This document shows, one piece after another, positions 57,377 through 64,000 of a DNA stretch of 64,000 nucleotides (position 1 is its first letter; each line of letters begins with the position of its first letter). The DNA lies in sequence record ON528746. One strand, 5' to 3'. The notes beneath the pieces were generated by a model, which saw only the letters and a program-made list of their open reading frames with translations, did no database searches and was not told where the DNA came from. The translations under genes and the position numbers were made by a program. The stretch comes from Shigella phage ESh36.

Positions 57377-58551
57377 TGAGTATGTTGCAACGCCCCGGAT
57401 ATCCAAATCTCAGCGTTAAATTATTTGAGAGTTATGACGCTTGGAGTAATAATAGATTTGTTGAATTAGCTGCTACTATTACCACATTAACTATGCGGGA
57501 TTCTCTTTATGGTCGAAATGAAGGAATGCTACAGTTTTATGATTCTAAAAATATCCATACAAAAATGGATGGAAATGAAATAATTCAGATTTCTGTAGCT
57601 AACGCAAACGATATTAATAATGTTAAAACACGAATTTATGGATGTAAGCATTTTTCTGTATCTGTAGATTCAAAGGGCGATAACATCATTGCTATTGAAT
57701 TGGGAACTATTCATTCCATAGAAAATCTTAAATTTGGCAGACCGTTTTTCTCTGATGTAGGTGAATCTATAAAGGAAATGCTTGGCGTCATTTACCAGGA
57801 TCGCACATTATTAACTCCAGCAATAAATGCTATAAATGCTTATGTTCCTGATATTCCATGGACTAGCACATTTGAAAACTATTTGTCATATGTCAGAGAA
57901 GTTGCTCTAGCTGTAGGAAGTGACAAATTTGTATTTGTATGGCAAGACATCATGGGAGTTAACATGATGGACTATGATATGATGATAAATCAAGAACCAT
58001 ATCCAATGATTGTCGGTGAGCCATCTTTAATAGGTCAATTCATCCAAGAATTAAAATATCCATTAGCATATGATTTCGTTTGGTTGACTAAATCGAATCC
58101 TCACAAACGTGACCCAATGAAAAATGCTACTATCTATGCTCATTCATTTTTAGATTCTTCATTGCCAATGATTACTACAGGAAAGGGCGAAAACTCTATT
58201 GTAGTGTCAAGGTCAGGTGCTTATTCTGAAATGACTTATAGGAATGGCTATGAAGAAGCTATTCGTCTTCAAACTATGGCGCAATATGACGGCTATGCTA
58301 AATGTTCTACTGTCGGTAATTTTAACTTGACTCCTGGCGTTAAAATTATTTTTAATGATAGTAAAAACCAATTTAAAACAGAATTTTACGTTGATGAAGT
58401 TATCCATGAATTATCCAATAATAATTCAGTAACTCATCTATATATGTTCACTAATGCAACGAAACTGGAAACAATAGACCCAGTTAAGGTTAAAAATGAA
58501 TTTAAATCTGATACTACCACTGAAGAAAGTAGTTCTTCCAATAAGCAATAA
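57376..58551 (+). CDS. 27: baseplate hub protein gp27
   Basis: 391 aa, T4 gp27 length and position. Confidence 0.9.
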   Translation: MSMLQRPGYPNLSVKLFESYDAWSNNRFVELAATITTLTMRDSLYGRNEGMLQFYDSKNIHTKMDGNEIIQISVANANDINNVKTRIYGCKHFSVSVDSKGDNIIAIELGTIHSIENLKFGRPFFSDVGESIKEMLGVIYQDRTLLTPAINAINAYVPDIPWTSTFENYLSYVREVALAVGSDKFVFVWQDIMGVNMMDYDMMINQEPYPMIVGEPSLIGQFIQELKYPLAYDFVWLTKSNPHKRDPMKNATIYAHSFLDSSLPMITTGKGENSIVVSRSGAYSEMTYRNGYEEAIRLQTMAQYDGYAKCSTVGNFNLTPGVKIIFNDSKNQFKTEFYVDEVIHELSNNNSVTHLYMFTNATKLETIDPVKVKNEFKSDTTTEESSSSNKQ

Positions 58552-59029
58552 AGAAGTTTCTATTCCTAAAATGGGTCTTAAACATTATAACATTTTAAAA
58601 GATGTTAAAGGTCCTGATGAAAATTTAAAACTTCTTATTGATTCTATTTGTCCGAATTTATCACCAGCAGAAGTTGATTTCGTTTCCATTCATTTATTGG
58701 AATTTAATGGAAAGATTAAATCCCGTAAAGAAATAGATGGTTATACTTATGACATTAATGATGTTTATGTGTGCCAAAGATTAGAATTTCAATACCAAGG
58801 AAATACATTTTATTTTAGACCTCCTGGAAAATTTGAGCAATTTTTGACAGTAAGCGATATGTTATCTAAATGCTTGCTTAAGGTCAATGATGAAGTTAAA
58901 GAAATTAATTTTCTTGAGATGCCAGCATTTGTATTAAAATGGGCAAATGATATTTCTACAACTTTAGCAATTCCTGGCCCTAATGGTCCAATAACTGGAA
59001 TTGGCAATATTATTGGATTATTTGAATGA
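58496..59029 (+). CDS. 28: baseplate hub distal protein gp28
   Basis: 177 aa; start overlaps the 3' end of gene 27. Confidence 0.8.
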   Translation: MNLNLILPLKKVVLPISNKEVSIPKMGLKHYNILKDVKGPDENLKLLIDSICPNLSPAEVDFVSIHLLEFNGKIKSRKEIDGYTYDINDVYVCQRLEFQYQGNTFYFRPPGKFEQFLTVSDMLSKCLLKVNDEVKEINFLEMPAFVLKWANDISTTLAIPGPNGPITGIGNIIGLFE

Positions 59030-60798
59030 AAAAGCCACAAGAAATGCAAACGATGCGTAGAAAAGTTATTTCAGATAATAAACCAGTTCAGGAAGCGGCT
59101 AAATCCGCTTCTAATACTTTATCTGGACTTAACGATATATCTACGAAATTGGATGATGCTCAAGCTGCTTCAGAATTAATTGCTCAAACTGTCGAAGAAA
59201 AATCGAATGAAATAATTGGAGCAATTGACAATGTAGAAAGCGCAGTGAGTGATACTACTGCTGGTTCTGAGTTAATTGCTGAAACTGTTGAAATTGGCAA
59301 TAATATTAATAAAGAAATCGGCGAATCGCTCGGGAGCAAATTAGATAAATTAACAAGTTTACTAGAGCAAAAAATTCAGACAGCTGGAATTCAACAGACT
59401 GGAACTAGTTTAGCCACGGTTGAAAGCGCTATTCCTGTTAAAGTTGTTGAGGACGATACAGCTGAATCTGTGGGTCCTTTATTACCGGCTCCTGAAGCAG
59501 TTAATAATGATCCTGATGCTGATTTTTTCCCTACCCCTCAGCCAGTTGAACCCAAACAAGAATCGCCAGAAGAAAAACAGAAAAAAGAAGCATTTAATTT
59601 AAAATTATCTCAAGCTTTAGATAAATTAACAAAGACTGTTGATTTTGGATTTAAAAAATCCATTTCAATTACTGATAAAATATCAAGTATGCTATTTAAG
59701 TATACTGTCAGTGCTGCTATTGAAGCTGCTAAAATGGTTGCATTAATAATGGCTGTTGTTATTGGAATAGACCTACTGATGGTTCATTTTAAATATTGGT
59801 CAGATAAATTTTCAAAAGCCTGGGATTTGTTTAGCACTGATTTTAAAACTTTTTCAAGCGAAACCGGAACTTGGGGTCCTTTATTACAGAGCATCTTTGA
59901 ATCTATTGATGAAATTAAAAAGTTCTGGGAAGCTGGAGACTGGGGTGGATTGACAGTAGCTATTGTGGAAGGACTTGGAAGTGTTCTTTATAATTTAGGA
60001 GAACTTATTCAACTTGGAATGGCTAAATTATCAGCAGCAATTCTTCGAGTTATTCCTGGTATGAAGGATACCGCTGATGAAGTAGAAGGAAGAGCATTAG
60101 AAAATTTCCAAAATTCTACTGGAGCATCTCTCAATAAAGAAGACCAAGAAAAAGTAGCAAATTATCAAGATAAACGAATGAATGACGATCTTGGTCCAAT
60201 AGCAAAAGGATTAGATAAAATTGCTAATTGGAAAACCCGTGCATCTAACTGGATTCGTGGTGTTGATAATAAAGAAGCATTGACAACCGATGAAGAACGC
60301 GCAGCAGAAGAAGAAAAATTAAAGCAACTTTCACCAGAAGAAAGAAAAAACGCTTTAATGAAGGCTAATGAAGCTCGTGCTGCGATGATTCGTTTTGAAA
60401 AATATGCCGATTCAGCTGATATGAGTAAAGACTCAACAGTTAAATCAATTGAAGCCGCTCATGAAGACCTTAAAAAACGGATGAATGACCCGGATTTAAA
60501 TAATTCACCGGCAGTTAAAAAAGAACTTGCTGCTAGATTTTCTAAAATTGATGCTACTTATCAAGAGCTTAAGAAAAATCAACCTGAGGCCAAACCTGAA
60601 ACTTCTGCTAAATCGCCAGAAGCAAAACAAGTCCAGGTAATAGAAAAGAACAAAGCGCAACAAGCTCCTGTTCAACAAGCATCTCCTTCAATCAATAATA
60701 CTAATAATGTTATTAAGAAAAATACTGTCGTTCATAATATGACACCTGTTACGAGTACAACTGCTCCTGGTGTATTTGGCGCGACTGGAGTTAATTAA
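59026..60798 (+). CDS. 29: baseplate hub / tail length determinator gp29
   Basis: 590 aa, T4 gp29 length and position. Confidence 0.9.
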   Translation: MKKPQEMQTMRRKVISDNKPVQEAAKSASNTLSGLNDISTKLDDAQAASELIAQTVEEKSNEIIGAIDNVESAVSDTTAGSELIAETVEIGNNINKEIGESLGSKLDKLTSLLEQKIQTAGIQQTGTSLATVESAIPVKVVEDDTAESVGPLLPAPEAVNNDPDADFFPTPQPVEPKQESPEEKQKKEAFNLKLSQALDKLTKTVDFGFKKSISITDKISSMLFKYTVSAAIEAAKMVALIMAVVIGIDLLMVHFKYWSDKFSKAWDLFSTDFKTFSSETGTWGPLLQSIFESIDEIKKFWEAGDWGGLTVAIVEGLGSVLYNLGELIQLGMAKLSAAILRVIPGMKDTADEVEGRALENFQNSTGASLNKEDQEKVANYQDKRMNDDLGPIAKGLDKIANWKTRASNWIRGVDNKEALTTDEERAAEEEKLKQLSPEERKNALMKANEARAAMIRFEKYADSADMSKDSTVKSIEAAHEDLKKRMNDPDLNNSPAVKKELAARFSKIDATYQELKKNQPEAKPETSAKSPEAKQVQVIEKNKAQQAPVQQASPSINNTNNVIKKNTVVHNMTPVTSTTAPGVFGATGVN

Positions 60799-60806
60799 GG
60801 AATAAT

Positions 60807-61910
60807 ATGGCAATTGTTAAAGAAATAACTGCTGATTTAATTAAAAAGTCTGGCGAGACAATTTCAGCTGGACAGAGTACTAAATCAGAAGTAGGAACTA
60901 AAACATACACAGCCCAGTTTCCAACTGGGCGTGCTAGTGGTAATGACACTACAGGGGACTTCCAGGTAACAGATCTATATAAGAATGGATTATTATTTAC
61001 TGCATACAATATGTCATCTAGGGATTCTGGAAGTCTCAGATCGATGAGATCTAACTACTCTTCTTCATCTTCGAGTATTTTACGTACAGCCAGAAACACT
61101 ATTAGTAGTACAGTATCAAAACTATCAAATGGATTAATATCAAATAATAATAATAATAATTCAGGAACAATAAGTAAAGCTCCTATCGCAAATATTCTTT
61201 TACCGAGATCTAAATCCGATGTTGACACATCATCACATAGATTTAATGATGTTCAAGAAAGCCTTATTAGTAGAGGCGGAGGTACTGCTACTGGTGTGCT
61301 AAGTAATATTGCTTCAACCGCAGTATTTGGGGCACTGGAAAGTATAACACAAGGTATAATGGCTGATAATAATGAACAGATTTATACGACAGCCAGAAGT
61401 ATGTATGGTGGTGCTGAAAATAGAACTAAAGTGTTTACATGGGATTTGACTCCACGTTCAACAGAAGATTTAATGGCTATTATTAATATCTATCAATATT
61501 TTAACTATTTTTCTTATGGTGAAACGGGTAAATCTCAATATGCTGCTGAAATAAAAGGATATCTAGATGAGTGGTATCGCTCTACTTTTATTGAGCCATT
61601 AACTCCAGAAGATGCAGTTAAAAATAAGACGTTATTTGAGAAAATGACATCGAGTTTAACTAACGTTCTTGTAGTTTCAAACCCGACAATTTGGATGGTG
61701 AAAAACTTTGGCGCAACATCTAAGTTTGATGGAAAAACGGAAATATTTGGTCCATGCCAAATACAGAGCATTAGATTTGATAAAACACCTAATGGTAACT
61801 TTAACGGATTAGCTATTGCTCCAAACCTCCCTAGTACATTTACTCTCGAGATTACTATGAGAGAGATTATCACGTTAAACCGTGCTTCTTTATATGCGGG
61901 GACTTTTTAA
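60807..61910 (+). CDS. 48: baseplate tail-tube junction protein gp48
   Basis: 367 aa (T4 gp48 about 364). Confidence 0.9.
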   Translation: MAIVKEITADLIKKSGETISAGQSTKSEVGTKTYTAQFPTGRASGNDTTGDFQVTDLYKNGLLFTAYNMSSRDSGSLRSMRSNYSSSSSSILRTARNTISSTVSKLSNGLISNNNNNNSGTISKAPIANILLPRSKSDVDTSSHRFNDVQESLISRGGGTATGVLSNIASTAVFGALESITQGIMADNNEQIYTTARSMYGGAENRTKVFTWDLTPRSTEDLMAIINIYQYFNYFSYGETGKSQYAAEIKGYLDEWYRSTFIEPLTPEDAVKNKTLFEKMTSSLTNVLVVSNPTIWMVKNFGATSKFDGKTEIFGPCQIQSIRFDKTPNGNFNGLAIAPNLPSTFTLEITMREIITLNRASLYAGTF

Positions 61911-62875
61911 TGTATTCTTTAGAGGAATTTAATAATCAAGCAATAAACGCAGATTTCCAACGTAATAATATGTTTAGCTGCGTTTTTGCAACAACTCCAT
62001 CAACTAAAAGCTCTTCGTTGATAAGTTCAATTAGCAACTTTTCTTATAATAACTTGGGCCTAAATTCAAATTGGTTAGGATTAACTCAAGGTGATATTAA
62101 TCAGGGAATTACCACGCTAATTACAGCTGGCACACAAAAACTGATAAGAAAATCAGGGGTTAGTAAATATCTTATTGGTGCAATGAGTCAACGCACAGTT
62201 CAAAGTTTATTAGGTTCATTTACAGTTGGTACATATTTAATTGACTTCTTTAACATGGCATATAACTCATCTGGATTGATGATATATTCTGTAAAAATGC
62301 CAGAGAATAGATTATCCTATGAAACTGACTGGAACTATAACTCTCCTAATATTCGTATAACTGGGAGAGAATTAGACCCTTTGGTTATTTCATTTAGAAT
62401 GGATTCAGAAGCTTGTAACTATCGTGCAATGCAAGACTGGGTTAACGCTGTTCAAGACCCAGTAACTGGACTGCGTGCTTTGCCACAAGATGTCGAGGCA
62501 GATATTCAGGTTAATCTTCATGCTCGTAATGGATTACCTCATACTGCGGTGATGTTCACCGGATGCATTCCAGTGTCAGTGAGCGCTCCTGAGTTATCAT
62601 ATGATGGAGATAACCAAATAACTACATTTGATGTTACTTTTGCGTATAGAGTGATGCAGGCTGGAGCAGTTGATAGGCAAGCTGCGCTTGAATGGCTTGA
62701 ATCTGCTGCCATAAACGGTATTCAAAGCGTTCTCGGAAATAGTGGAGGTGTTACTGGACTATCTAATTCGCTTTCACGACTCAGTAGATTAGGTGGAACT
62801 GCAGGAAGCATTTCAAACATTAATACTATGACAGGAATTGTCAATTCGCAAAGTAAAATATTAGGAGCAATATAA
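61910..62875 (+). CDS. 54: baseplate tail-tube initiator gp54
   Basis: 321 aa, T4 gp54 length and position. Confidence 0.9.
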   Translation: MYSLEEFNNQAINADFQRNNMFSCVFATTPSTKSSSLISSISNFSYNNLGLNSNWLGLTQGDINQGITTLITAGTQKLIRKSGVSKYLIGAMSQRTVQSLLGSFTVGTYLIDFFNMAYNSSGLMIYSVKMPENRLSYETDWNYNSPNIRITGRELDPLVISFRMDSEACNYRAMQDWVNAVQDPVTGLRALPQDVEADIQVNLHARNGLPHTAVMFTGCIPVSVSAPELSYDGDNQITTFDVTFAYRVMQAGAVDRQAALEWLESAAINGIQSVLGNSGGVTGLSNSLSRLSRLGGTAGSISNINTMTGIVNSQSKILGAI

Positions 62876-62879
62876 CAAT

Positions 62880-62910
62880 GGGGACCTTTCGGTCCCCATA
62901 TTTTTATTTA
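62880..62910. terminator. bidirectional rho-independent terminator between gene 54 and the convergent minus-strand ORF
   Basis: Hairpin GGGGACC-TTTCG-GTCCCC followed by ATATTTTTATTT; A/T-rich on both sides. Confidence 0.6.
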
Positions 62911-63194
62911 CGGAATGAAATAAAAGCAGCAACTGAAGCAACTAAACTGTCTTCAATATAAACTTCAATTTTTACCGGAGCTTCTGACTCAAATTTACCT
63001 GTTACTACACCCTGAAAAATACTTTCAGTCTGTTCTGGCTTTGAAAAATTTTCAGAAGGAAAAATTCCAAACTTTTTATCTGTTCCGAAAATTTTGATAA
63101 ATTCATCATAAACTGCTTCATTAAAAGCATTATCAGCAGGAATAACGCCTTCAACTACAAGTTCTTGACCTAAAAAGCGTAAAGAAGATTTCAT
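62904..63194 (-). CDS. hypothetical protein (T4 alt.-3 position)
   Basis: 96 aa ORF convergent with gene 54. Confidence 0.5.
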   Translation of the reverse strand: MKSSLRFLGQELVVEGVIPADNAFNEAVYDEFIKIFGTDKKFGIFPSENFSKPEQTESIFQGVVTGKFESEAPVKIEVYIEDSLVASVAAFISFRK

Positions 63195-63226
63195 TTTGTG
63201 TTCCTCATGTTATGTCAGTAAGACTA

Positions 63227-63430
63227 CTATAACACAACACGAGGGACTTGTAAACTACATTTTGAACTTTTTAGTACGCGTAATAGGCATGCGTCGATTT
63301 TATACTGTTTCATTGTTTGAAGAGCAGTATCAAAAACAGCATTAATGACACCAATTGGATTTCCACTCAAGTTTTTAAGCTTAACTAATGATAGTTTCTC
63401 ATTAACACCTATCATTACGATATGCATCAT
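63227..63430 (-). CDS. hypothetical small protein (T4 alt.-2 position)
   Basis: 67 aa ATG-initiated ORF. Confidence 0.4.
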   Translation of the reverse strand: MMHIVMIGVNEKLSLVKLKNLSGNPIGVINAVFDTALQTMKQYKIDACLLRVLKSSKCSLQVPRVVL

Positions 63431-63615
63431 TTTATCGCCTGGTTTAACGTTTTATTTGTATCACCGCCAGAGGTGTATGTACAAAATCTAAATCCAGGAA
63501 GCACGCTTTCTTCGCCGGCTTGAATAGCAAAAATTTGAGGTATTTTATGCTTAGGATTTAAGTTAATAACCGGCGCCGAAGCGCCGTCAAATAATTATGT
63601 AATAAGTTCCATGAT

Positions 63616-64000
63616 TTATCCTTGAACGAACTTGTAAGGCATGTTTGCAATATCTATGCAAGACGCAATAATTCCAAGAGATGATTCTACTTTCTGTTTA
63701 ACATTTGATGAAACAAATGATGCAAAGTCAACTCTGTCTTCTATATCACCTGTCATTGTAACCAATTCACCAGTTTCCATTAAATGGTCTCCGTCATAGA
63801 TTACCGATTCGGTGAGTTCTTCTGTGGTCATAACTTCAGCTTGAATAAGCTTGTTGTTAGTTCTAACTGTTCCATCGTTGTAAGATGCATCGGTTATTTT
63901 ATTAACTTTGACCATTAATCCACGTGGCAAAATGACTTCCATTTCATTTGAAGGCGCTAAACTTCCACCGGGTAAAACAACATTAACCTTATCAGCCCCA
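63616..64000 (-). CDS. 3' portion of a longer minus-strand ORF running off the window (possibly alt.-1 or alt)
   Basis: Reading frame stays open upstream of the track's Met to the window edge; identity not determinable from this fragment. Confidence 0.35.
   Translation of the reverse strand, partial: GADKVNVVLPGGSLAPSNEMEVILPRGLMVKVNKITDASYNDGTVRTNNKLIQAEVMTTEELTESVIYDGDHLMETGELVTMTGDIEDRVDFASFVSSNVKQKVESSLGIIASCIDIANMPYKFVQG

Overview
This window is about 64 kb of a T4-like (T-even) myovirus genome, essentially colinear with phage T4 from the tk/vs/regB early region through gene 54 and the alt-proximal ORFs. Gene names below rest on recognising T4 proteins from the translations plus matching lengths and order; nothing was searched against a database. 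The lysozyme (e) is near-identical to T4 lysozyme but not identical, so this is a close T4 relative rather than T4 itself. Layout: (1) a minus-strand early/accessory region (1-16.7 kb) carrying regB, a GrcA-like glycyl-radical protein, denV, e, nudE, membrane-protein ORFs, internal-protein-like genes with capsid-targeting leaders, a 10-tRNA cluster, 57B/57A and genes 1, 3, 2, 4; (2) the plus-strand late morphogenesis block (16.7-47.5 kb) with genes 53, 5, 5.1, 5.4, 6-12, wac, 13-20, 67, 68, 21-24; (3) rnlB, 24.2, 24.3, hoc, inh, segD, uvsW, uvsW.1, uvsY, then baseplate hub genes 25, 26, 51, 27, 28, 29, 48, 54. Several starts in the ORF track are TTG/GTG artefacts and were moved to the in-frame ATG with a Shine-Dalgarno (genes 1, 3, 11, 14, 20, uvsW.1 and several small ORFs). 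The most interesting content is accessory: a four-copy early-promoter/stem-loop element flanking cassette ORFs, a four-ORF cassette between the tRNAs and the ipI-position gene, a macro-domain-like protein, two paralogous HNH homing endonucleases at sites I do not recall being occupied in T4 (one with a TTG start), a Hoc with five Ig-like domains, and a tRNA set with extra Tyr and Asn genes. No CRISPR array, integrase or transposase was seen.
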